Shown piece after piece: positions 56,806-64,000 of a stretch of DNA of 64,000 bases (the first letter of the stretch is position 1; every line of letters begins with the position of its first letter). The notes beneath the pieces are model-generated. The model did not search any database and had not been told where the DNA came from. It saw nothing but the letters and a program-made list of their open reading frames with translations. A program made the translations under genes and the position numbers. Origin of the DNA: Bdellovibrio sp. (GTDB taxonomy: Bacteria; Bdellovibrionota; Bdellovibrionia; Bdellovibrionales; Bdellovibrionaceae); the NCBI GenBank assembly GCA_025359945.1, contig JANYDD010000061.1, forward strand, positions 25,151 through 89,150, read 5' to 3'.

Positions 56806-57464
56806 ATTTCAAATTAGTAAAAATCGGCCAAGATTTAGCCCTAGAATCGTCTTTGTTTAAAAAGCCATTCCAGATTCAATTTGCAGGAAACAGAAATTAC
56901 TGGAAGCCGCTTCCCAAAAAGCAAAATGAGCCGCTCTTTAAAGCGATCGGATTCAAGGGGCAGCCCTTAAATATCTTAGATGGCACCGCTGGTTTGTTAG
57001 AGGACTCATTTCAAATGGCAAGGCTGGGCGTACGAATTACTGCTTTGGAACGTCACCTGATTCTTTTTCAGCTTTTGCAGGACGGGATTCGTAGATCGAT
57101 TCAGGATAAAGAATCATCTGACGTTTTAAAACAAATTCGATTGATCCACGCCGAAACTGAAGCTTGGCTAAAAAATGAAAAAGATATTTTTGATGTGATT
57201 TATTTGGATCCTATGTTTTTACTGGATGAAGTCAAAGCCCTTCCCAAAAAAGAAAACCAGGTCTTGCGTTTGCTAAATGAATCAGAAAAATCGCAATGGA
57301 TTTCGTTGGATTTTTTAAATTTGGCTCTTAAGAAATGCAAACACCGAGTTGTCATTAAAAGAAGTATTCACACAGGGCAGATTCGAAACGAGATAGCTGA
57401 CTGGCCCCTTCCAGACCAAGTTTTGAAATTGCGTTCTGTTCAATTTGAAATTTATTTTCCATAG
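56802..57464 (+). CDS. SAM-dependent methyltransferase, RsmJ-like
   Basis: ILDGTAGLLEDSF and VIYLDPMF resemble 16S rRNA m2G1516 methyltransferase RsmJ. The TTG start overlaps the upstream stop. Confidence 0.65.
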   Translation: MNFKLVKIGQDLALESSLFKKPFQIQFAGNRNYWKPLPKKQNEPLFKAIGFKGQPLNILDGTAGLLEDSFQMARLGVRITALERHLILFQLLQDGIRRSIQDKESSDVLKQIRLIHAETEAWLKNEKDIFDVIYLDPMFLLDEVKALPKKENQVLRLLNESEKSQWISLDFLNLALKKCKHRVVIKRSIHTGQIRNEIADWPLPDQVLKLRSVQFEIYFP

Positions 57465-57473
57465 AGGGTTTTT

Positions 57474-58553
57474 ATGCTGGCATTTTATTTTCTCATCGTG
57501 TTTTCGATTTTTTATTTTGGATGTCTGCTGATCAGAGAACTTCTGGGAAGAATATTTTTAATCGAAAAGTTATCTTGGCTTTCCAATATTGGGGACGACA
57601 ACTTTTTAGCCAGTGCGGCCAAGCTATTACTGGCCAGCTTTTTATGCGTTTCGGTCGAAAGGTCATTGATTCTTCCGACTTTCTTTCAGATGCGGGTGGA
57701 TCTTTGGAAGCCTCGATGGATTTTATTTTTTTCGTGTCTACGCTTGGTCTCGATGATTTTGCCGATGGGATTTCTTGTGGGAGCTCTTTGGGGCGTTTCA
57801 CATTGGGAAGGTTTTTACGGAATCAGTTCCCCATTAGAAACTTTTTCTGGATCTGACTTATTTTATTTTCTCTCAAACAGGGGATACGCACAGTACGCAA
57901 GCTTGATTTTCGTTGTGCTAATAGGCGTTGCAATAGTGAAACGACCTTTTTTGTTTTGGGGCCCAACTCTGTTGGGACTTTTAACTTTTCAAATTTCAGT
58001 TTCGAATGCCTGGATCATTTTTTGGGCCGAAAGTTTTGGGTTAGGTCTACTCTTTTTTACAAGTTTACCTAAAGGGAATTGGTTCCGAAGGGACTTTAAA
58101 TTTCTTTTAGGCATGCAGCTTTTACTTCTGCTGGCTTTTGTTTGCTTTCCATCACACGTTAGGTTGGCAGCAGAAATAGCAGCGTCGGCTTTAGGGGATG
58201 GGTCTAGTTTGGTTCTTCAATTTCTAACTTTAATCGCCGCTTGGGTTGCGCTGGAAACCATTTTAAGCTTAATCTTTTTTCATTTTTATTTTAATCATCA
58301 CGCACAATCTCGAGAATCTTTATTTTTACCTCGTCCCCAATGGATCCGGTGGGGGTGGATTCGAGGAGGGTCCAGAGAAAATTTGGTCACACAAATATCT
58401 CAAAAAATCGAGCGTATGTCAGTCCAGCAAAACCAGATACACCAGTCTTTGACTGTCGAAGAACAAAAGCGGATTCCTGCCTACATAGTGAAACAATTTA
58501 AAACTGAGTTAAAACTTTTGCTCGAGCTTCAGCAGGCCAGTAAGATTAAATAG
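57474..58553 (+). CDS. Polytopic membrane protein, hypothetical
   Basis: Multiple hydrophobic helices and a C-terminal coiled-coil-like tail. No family recognised. Confidence 0.55.
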   Translation: MLAFYFLIVFSIFYFGCLLIRELLGRIFLIEKLSWLSNIGDDNFLASAAKLLLASFLCVSVERSLILPTFFQMRVDLWKPRWILFFSCLRLVSMILPMGFLVGALWGVSHWEGFYGISSPLETFSGSDLFYFLSNRGYAQYASLIFVVLIGVAIVKRPFLFWGPTLLGLLTFQISVSNAWIIFWAESFGLGLLFFTSLPKGNWFRRDFKFLLGMQLLLLLAFVCFPSHVRLAAEIAASALGDGSSLVLQFLTLIAAWVALETILSLIFFHFYFNHHAQSRESLFLPRPQWIRWGWIRGGSRENLVTQISQKIERMSVQQNQIHQSLTVEEQKRIPAYIVKQFKTELKLLLELQQASKIK

Positions 58554-58634
58554 GCCCATTAAAAATGTCCAGTTTATCGTTGAATCAGCCGCTAAACGTT
58601 TTCTAAATTTTGAAATTATGATCAAGTAAAGATT

Positions 58635-59525
58635 ATGAGCAGCGTGAACGATCTTAAGAAAAAGATTGAAGAACTTGAACACCAGTTATCGGCTAAGAAT
58701 ATTGAAATATCACAATACCGCCGCGAGCTGATGGAAGCACAAGCTCAGGTCCAGCGCATGATCCTAGGTCAGGAAGAGCAAGTTAAGCTTTTAGAATCGA
58801 TTCAAAAAAAATTAGTACCCACCGAAATTCCACACATTCCTGGGTTTGAAATCAGCTCCAAGTTTTTCGCCGGTAGTTTGTCCGGCGGAGATTACTTTGA
58901 TATTTTCGAACACCAAGATAAAATGAAGTTTGGAATTCTGCTAGCGGATTCGTCGGGGTATCAAATTTCTGCTTTGTTTTTGTCGACCTTGATCCAGTTT
59001 TCATCGCGTCTTGAAGCCAAGCGGGGATTGCCGCCGGACGAAATGGCCAATCTAATGGCTAAAGAATTAGTTCCCAGTCTAGGCGCCAATGACGAAATTT
59101 CACTTTTTTACGGGGTGGTTGATCGGCGCAGTTTTGAATTTTCTTGCGCGTCCATCGGTTACCCCATCGCGTTTTTGCAAACCAAAGGTCAGGGTAGATT
59201 AATTCAGGTCGAGCCTTCGGCAGAAGCGCTATCAAAGCATTACACTGGCCATGCGTTGACTCAGAAAATTCAATTGGGCCCAAAGGATCGGATGATTTTT
59301 TGCACTCGTGGAGTGTCTAGAATCTTGAATACGAAAAGTGAGCCCTTTGGCTTTGAGCGCTTGAATCAAATCGCGATCAAACCCAGGTCTTCGGTCCATG
59401 AGCTTCGTAATGAAATCCTTTTTCAAGCTTCGCAGTGGTCGCAAAAAACCGAGCCCACCAAAGATCAAACAGTGATCGTCGTCGAGGTTAAAGACCGAGT
59501 GATTAAATTAGCCAAAAATCAATAG
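58635..59525 (+). CDS. PP2C-type (SpoIIE/RsbU-like) phosphatase with an N-terminal coiled coil
   Basis: GGDYFDIF and the C-terminal DQTVIVVEV are characteristic of the SpoIIE-type PP2C family. Confidence 0.75.
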   Translation: MSSVNDLKKKIEELEHQLSAKNIEISQYRRELMEAQAQVQRMILGQEEQVKLLESIQKKLVPTEIPHIPGFEISSKFFAGSLSGGDYFDIFEHQDKMKFGILLADSSGYQISALFLSTLIQFSSRLEAKRGLPPDEMANLMAKELVPSLGANDEISLFYGVVDRRSFEFSCASIGYPIAFLQTKGQGRLIQVEPSAEALSKHYTGHALTQKIQLGPKDRMIFCTRGVSRILNTKSEPFGFERLNQIAIKPRSSVHELRNEILFQASQWSQKTEPTKDQTVIVVEVKDRVIKLAKNQ

Positions 59526-59587
59526 ACAGTCGACAAAGCCTTACTGCAAAATTAAAGGGCAGTTAAAAAAATTAGGAGACATATTTT

Positions 59588-60739
59588 ATGGCTGAGGGTG
59601 TGCAAATTTATTCTGGTGCAACGGACAAGGGGCTTGAAGGCGTGGTGGCTTGCACGACAGGAGTTTCTTCGATTCAAGATAACACCTTAAGTTTCCGAGG
59701 TTTTACTATCGAAGATTTGGCAGAAAACTCCACTTTCGAAGAAGTGACTTTCTTGTTGTGGAATGATCGTCTTCCCAACAGTTCCGAACTGAAGGAATTT
59801 AAAAATGAACTTTCAAAAAATATGGTGATCGACGAAAATTTTTTCCAAGTCTTAAAGCAAATTCCCACTCAAAAAGTTCATCCTATGGCTTGGTTGCGAA
59901 CTTCAGTTTCTTTGCTGAGCCATTGGGACGTGCAAGCTCAAGACAATAGCGAGACCGCAAATCGTTCGAAGGGTATTCGATTAGTGGCTCAGATGGGACT
60001 ATTGGTTTGCGCTTTCGAAGCCATTAGAAATGGCAAGCCGATGCCCCAGCCCAATAAAGATAAATCTTTGGCGTGGAATTTTATGTACCTTTTGCACGGC
60101 GGAGTCGAACCCAAAACCGAGCACGTCAAAATTTTTGATCTCTGTTTGATTTTGCACGCTGATCACGAGTTGAATTGTTCTGCTTTTGCCACGCGCGTGA
60201 CCACTTCTTCGCTGAGCGATTTGCATTCGGCGATGGTATCTGCACTGGGTGCTTTAAAAGGTCCTTTGCATGGCGGGGCCAATGAAGCGGTGATGGTCAT
60301 GTTAAAAAGGATTGGCACTATCGAAAAAGCAAAACAGTTTGTTCAAGATGCCTTGCAGGCCAAAGAAAAAGTAATGGGCATCGGTCATCGCGTTTACAAA
60401 AATGGTGACCCCCGAGCCGCAATTTTAAGAAAGTTAAGCCAGAAGTTAACGCTAGATATGGGCGAGCCTCAGTGGTACCAGATTTCGACCTTGATTGATG
60501 AAACGATGTTCAAAGAAAAAGGTTTAATGCCGAATGTGGATTTTTACTCGGCCACTGTTTACTACAGTTTGAAAATCCCAGTCGATTTGTACACCCCCAT
60601 ATTTGCGGTTTCAAGGATCAGTGGTTGGATTGCGCATGCGATGGAACAGTACGCGAACAATCGCATTTACAGACCGCGCGGACAGTGGGTTGGAAAAAAA
60701 GACCAGAAATGGACCCCGATCGAAAAAAGAAACACTTGA
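59588..60739 (+). CDS. gltA: Citrate synthase (short form)
   Basis: GPLHGGANEAV, GIGHRVYKNGDPRA and NVDFYSA motifs. Confidence 0.93.
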   Translation: MAEGVQIYSGATDKGLEGVVACTTGVSSIQDNTLSFRGFTIEDLAENSTFEEVTFLLWNDRLPNSSELKEFKNELSKNMVIDENFFQVLKQIPTQKVHPMAWLRTSVSLLSHWDVQAQDNSETANRSKGIRLVAQMGLLVCAFEAIRNGKPMPQPNKDKSLAWNFMYLLHGGVEPKTEHVKIFDLCLILHADHELNCSAFATRVTTSSLSDLHSAMVSALGALKGPLHGGANEAVMVMLKRIGTIEKAKQFVQDALQAKEKVMGIGHRVYKNGDPRAAILRKLSQKLTLDMGEPQWYQISTLIDETMFKEKGLMPNVDFYSATVYYSLKIPVDLYTPIFAVSRISGWIAHAMEQYANNRIYRPRGQWVGKKDQKWTPIEKRNT

Positions 60740-60749
60740 GGTTTCTGAT

Positions 60750-61439
60750 TTGAAAAAAATTTTAATCATCAGCACGTCGACGGATGAAGAGAAAAAGATC
60801 GAAGAAGTTTCTCTTCATCATAAAAAAGATAAATTGAGTGTTTCAACGTTGGCGACCTTTGCACAGGACCCAGGCTGGTGGGCAGAAAACGAACCTGATG
60901 CTTTGATCGTCCAAATGCCTGATGATCTTTTAATTCAAGGTTATTTTATCGAAAAAATGAAAACGGTGATCGCGCGCGAGGTCCCGGTCTTGATTCTCTG
61001 TCCGCAAATCTCTGCCGATCTTATGACGCTATCTTCGCACTTTAAAAAAATTCGAACGATAAAAACTCCTGTAAATCCTTTTTTCTTATTTCGGGCAGTG
61101 ATCGATCTGACTACTGATTACGGCCAGGGGAAAAATCAAATTCACCCTCGCTTTGCGACGGATCTAGAAACAGTTTTAAGGTGCGCAAAAAAAAACATAT
61201 CAGTTATCGGAAAGCTTAAGAATCTTTCCATGGGTGGCGCGTATTTGGAATCGGAAGGTAAAGGGGCTGCTTTAAGCTCCGGCGATTTAGTAAGGATGGA
61301 AATTTCGGTGACAGATAAAAAGTACGAATTTGATTCGCGAATCGTGTGGGCGAAAGAATTACTTGAATTGGGAATGGGTTACGGATTAACTTTTGTCACT
61401 ACAGATCAGGTTTTTGATCATTTGTTTTCTCAGCTTTAG
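60750..61439 (+). CDS. Pseudo-receiver + PilZ domain protein (putative c-di-GMP effector)
   Basis: I chose the TTG start after the gltA stop. The CheY-like N-terminus has Gln where the phospho-acceptor Asp is expected (PDALIVQMPDD). The C-terminal PilZ-like region has HPRFATD...NLSMGGAYL. Confidence 0.6.
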   Translation: MKKILIISTSTDEEKKIEEVSLHHKKDKLSVSTLATFAQDPGWWAENEPDALIVQMPDDLLIQGYFIEKMKTVIAREVPVLILCPQISADLMTLSSHFKKIRTIKTPVNPFFLFRAVIDLTTDYGQGKNQIHPRFATDLETVLRCAKKNISVIGKLKNLSMGGAYLESEGKGAALSSGDLVRMEISVTDKKYEFDSRIVWAKELLELGMGYGLTFVTTDQVFDHLFSQL

Positions 61440-61471
61440 TTATTGGCTTTTTAAATCGGGAGATTTTTTCT

Positions 61472-61867
61472 TTGGGTTCAATTTTTACAAAGATTATCCG
61501 TGGTGAACTTCCCAGTTACAAAATTTTTGAGGATGATTTAACGATCGCCATTCTAACGATTCAACCCATTCACTTGGGACACACGCTGGTGATTCCAAAA
61601 GTAGAAGTAGATCATTGGTTTAAGGTTCCCACGGAATCTTTTTTACAAGTTCAAAAAAATTCAATGATTATTGGTCAGGCGATTCACCTGGCCACCAATT
61701 GCCAACGAGTGCTAACAACTGCTGTGGGCTTTGAGGTCCATCACTTTCATTTACATTTAATTCCTGCATGGAGTCCTGCAGATTTAGATTTTTCTTTAGG
61801 TCGCGCTCGCTCAGATATTGAGATGAAAGAGATTCAGAATAAAATCGTCCAGAATTTAATATTCTAG
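61472..61867 (+). CDS. HIT-family nucleotide hydrolase
   Basis: Histidine triad HHFHLHLIP. The N-terminus IFTKIIRGELPSYKIFEDD is also typical. Confidence 0.88.
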   Translation: MGSIFTKIIRGELPSYKIFEDDLTIAILTIQPIHLGHTLVIPKVEVDHWFKVPTESFLQVQKNSMIIGQAIHLATNCQRVLTTAVGFEVHHFHLHLIPAWSPADLDFSLGRARSDIEMKEIQNKIVQNLIF

Positions 61868-63319
61868 GTTCTGCATTTGCTTGGAATTTTTAACGAAAGT
61901 GCCCGCTAGCACAAACGACGCAAAAACAAAGCTCATCAGCACCAACATCAGATTCACCAAGAAAAGGGCGGACTCGATTCGATAACTGGACATCAACTGA
62001 AAAATGACCAAGGCCAAGTGTGAATTTTGTGCGAAAACCAGTTTGGAAAATGCGAAATCGCCCATCGCCCACACCGCTCCCAAGCCCGATAGAAACGCCA
62101 GCGTCTGCACCATTTGCGGTAAAACAATTTTTTTAAAAATAAACCATCTGGACGCCCCCAAGGATCGGGCGCATCGGATCTGTGGTTGAATTTTTTCAGT
62201 GAGCTCAAAGAAATTCCATTTTAACAAACTAGGTCCAAAGATCATCAGGCTACCTAAAAGGTAACAAATCCACGGAAGGTGATAGACGATGCCAGAGCTC
62301 ATTCCCAAAAAACCAACCAGCGAAATGCTAGGATGATTGAAGTATCTAAAAAAAAGAAAAACAAATTTTTGATCATATATGCTTGATAAAAATAGCAAAA
62401 ACCCCAGGATTAGCGACCCGAACGAAAAGCCAATTCCTAGACTTAGCAGCGAAGCCCAAATAATCTCGCCGACAAAATCCTTCATCTGGATGACCTGACT
62501 CCAGCCGCTGATAGTTGTCCCCCATAGGCCTATAAAAAAAATAAAAAAGTAAACGCCCAGGGCGATAAGTCCAAACAATGAACTAAAATATTTTTTTGCT
62601 CGATGTGCGTTTTCAACAGACGTGGATCCGCTTTGATGGGGCTTGCGATTTCGAAAAAATAAAAAGCCAAAAAAAATCAGCGATTGAATGGCCGAAAGCA
62701 AAATCGCTTGACCCCAATCTTGCGAGAATCGCACTTTTTCAAAGATTAAAACTTCAAGGGTAGTCCCCTTTCCCCCGCCGATGGCCAATGGTATCGACAG
62801 CGAAGTAAAACAAATTAAAAAAACTAACAAGCCTGACGAAGCCAAACCCTGCAAAGAAAAGCCAAATACTTTCCTCCAGAAAAAAAATCGAGAAGCCCCC
62901 AGGCCCGCGGCCACCATAGCCAACGATGATAAGTGTTCGTTCTGAAAATCTGTCCAGATAATGGCAAAAAACCCTGAATAGATAAATGACTGAACTAAGA
63001 TAATCCCGGTCAAACCATAGGGAAACGGGTCCAGCAACGATAGAAAAATCAATATTGTGACCAAAGACGGCAACAGGCTAGGTAAAAGACACAGGGTTTT
63101 TAAAGTGGAATGAAAACGAATCGAAGTCTTTTGAATTCCGAAGGCCATGAATAGTCCCAGTGTCATAGCGCCAATGGTGCTACCAAAAGCCTGAATGCTT
63201 GAATTTGTGAAGACCCAGTAGAATTCTTTCCAATCTACGGAAAAGGCAGATGATAATTTAAAATAAAGACCTAACGGACTTACGAAAAAACCAATGATCA
63301 AAAGACCAAATAGTCCCAT
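61856..63319 (-). CDS. thiP: ABC importer permease, two-domain (thiamine ThiP / iron FbpB type)
   Basis: Twelve-TM-like duplicated permease. ARSLGASRWFIFKKIVLPQM is an EAA-loop-like segment. It lies downstream of a TbpA-like binding-protein gene. Confidence 0.65.
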   Translation of the reverse strand: MGLFGLLIIGFFVSPLGLYFKLSSAFSVDWKEFYWVFTNSSIQAFGSTIGAMTLGLFMAFGIQKTSIRFHSTLKTLCLLPSLLPSLVTILIFLSLLDPFPYGLTGIILVQSFIYSGFFAIIWTDFQNEHLSSLAMVAAGLGASRFFFWRKVFGFSLQGLASSGLLVFLICFTSLSIPLAIGGGKGTTLEVLIFEKVRFSQDWGQAILLSAIQSLIFFGFLFFRNRKPHQSGSTSVENAHRAKKYFSSLFGLIALGVYFFIFFIGLWGTTISGWSQVIQMKDFVGEIIWASLLSLGIGFSFGSLILGFLLFLSSIYDQKFVFLFFRYFNHPSISLVGFLGMSSGIVYHLPWICYLLGSLMIFGPSLLKWNFFELTEKIQPQIRCARSLGASRWFIFKKIVLPQMVQTLAFLSGLGAVWAMGDFAFSKLVFAQNSHLALVIFQLMSSYRIESALFLVNLMLVLMSFVFASFVLAGTFVKNSKQMQNLEY

Positions 63320-63323
63320 TCGC

Positions 63324-64000
63324 TTACTGAAAGCGCCGCAATTGCGCCCATCGCTTCAGAACGCGTTCTTTTTCCGGAGAGCTTGGTAAAACAAAATTCT
63401 CAAGAATTTTGAATGAAGCCACTTTCGAAAAAGAACTATTTTCTTTCACGCCTTTAAGGACCGGAAGCATATAGTTTTTTTCCATAATTATTTTTTGCCC
63501 CTCGAGCGATAAAATAAATAAAACAAATTTTTCGGCTAAATCGCAATTTCGGCACGTCGCGGGTATTCCAATGTATTCTAGTTGAATTGGGTGGCCTTCC
63601 TTAAATTCGTAGGCCAAGATGTCTTCGTTTTTTTCTTCGATCAAGTGATACATTGGCGACGTGCTGTAGGATAAGGTTAACAAAACTTGTTTTTTTTCAA
63701 AAAGACCGTAGCTCATCGACCAGCTGGTCCCGATAGCTTTGACTTGGGTGTTTAGTTTTTCCAGATACTGAAACGCTTTTTCCTCACCCATGGACTGAAT
63801 TAACCAGGACAGCAACTGAAATCCCAGAGAACTTGTGCGTGGATCTTGAATTGAAATTTGATCGCGGAACTCGGGGTTCAAAAGATCTTGAAATTGCGTG
63901 GGTGGCTTTGGAACTTGCGAGGTCCTTCCGACAAAAGAAATAACACCCCAATCGTAGGGAACTAACATCGATCGCGCTAAAATATTTTGCAAGCTATCGA
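63324..64000 (-). CDS. thiB: Periplasmic substrate-binding protein, thiamine-binding TbpA/ThiB-like (5' end outside the window)
   Basis: IQDPRTSSLGFQLLSWL resembles the TbpA DPRTS-PGLGLL segment. The frame stays open to the window edge. Confidence 0.6.
   Translation of the reverse strand, partial: DSLQNILARSMLVPYDWGVISFVGRTSQVPKPPTQFQDLLNPEFRDQISIQDPRTSSLGFQLLSWLIQSMGEEKAFQYLEKLNTQVKAIGTSWSMSYGLFEKKQVLLTLSYSTSPMYHLIEEKNEDILAYEFKEGHPIQLEYIGIPATCRNCDLAEKFVLFILSLEGQKIIMEKNYMLPVLKGVKENSSFSKVASFKILENFVLPSSPEKERVLKRWAQLRRFQ

Noticed and set aside
1-64000. A window-wide scan for CRISPR arrays, rRNA/tRNA genes, integrases or transposases, prophage blocks, toxin-antitoxin pairs and canonical defence systems.
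   Set aside because: I saw no regularly spaced repeats, no tRNA-like T-arm motifs (GGTTCGAATCC-type), and no recombinase, transposase or restriction/nuclease-helicase motifs in the translations. By-eye scanning can miss small RNAs.

Overview
This 64-kb chromosomal window comes from a flagellated, moderately low-GC diderm bacterium. Gene content and protein style suggest a Bdellovibrio-like predator, but that is a guess I cannot verify without a search. Reading left to right: a histidine kinase (5' truncated) and a sigma-54-dependent response regulator; a Gly-rich, collagen-like putative lipoprotein; and a large flagellar block (flgF-flgG-flgA-flgH-flgI, a rod-binding-only flgJ, flgM-flgN-flgK-flgL, csrA-fliW). 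Housekeeping and hypothetical genes follow (alkA-like glycosylase, rluB), then dsbD with a co-transcribed Cys-rich secreted protein, and motAB. Next is a type-II NADH dehydrogenase gene split by a 105-bp MITE-like element. After that come envelope and lipoprotein genes (an LspA with a 2TM-HAMP-like extension, a jelly-roll-like lipoprotein, a GGDEF cyclase, PBP4, a lytic transglycosylase, a beta-helix protein) and hpt. A fragmented dcw cell-wall/division cluster follows (rsmH-ftsL-ftsI | reverse esterase | murE-murF-mraY-murD-lipoprotein-ftsW-murG | reverse gene | murC-LysM). The window ends with a small menaquinone-type prenylation locus, citrate synthase, a pseudo-receiver-PilZ protein, a HIT protein and a thiamine-type ABC importer (thiP, partial thiB). 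I recognised no rRNA, tRNA, CRISPR array, prophage or canonical defence island. The observations most worth following up are the two-copy MITE with 8-bp target-site duplications (one copy inactivating ndh), the LspA-HAMP fusion, the broken dcw architecture with embedded extra genes, and the Gly-rich lipoprotein between the sigma-54 regulator pair and a near-consensus sigma-54 promoter for flgF. I cannot support a coherent, multi-gene, previously undescribed system from sequence alone. All functional calls rest on motifs read by eye from the supplied translations.
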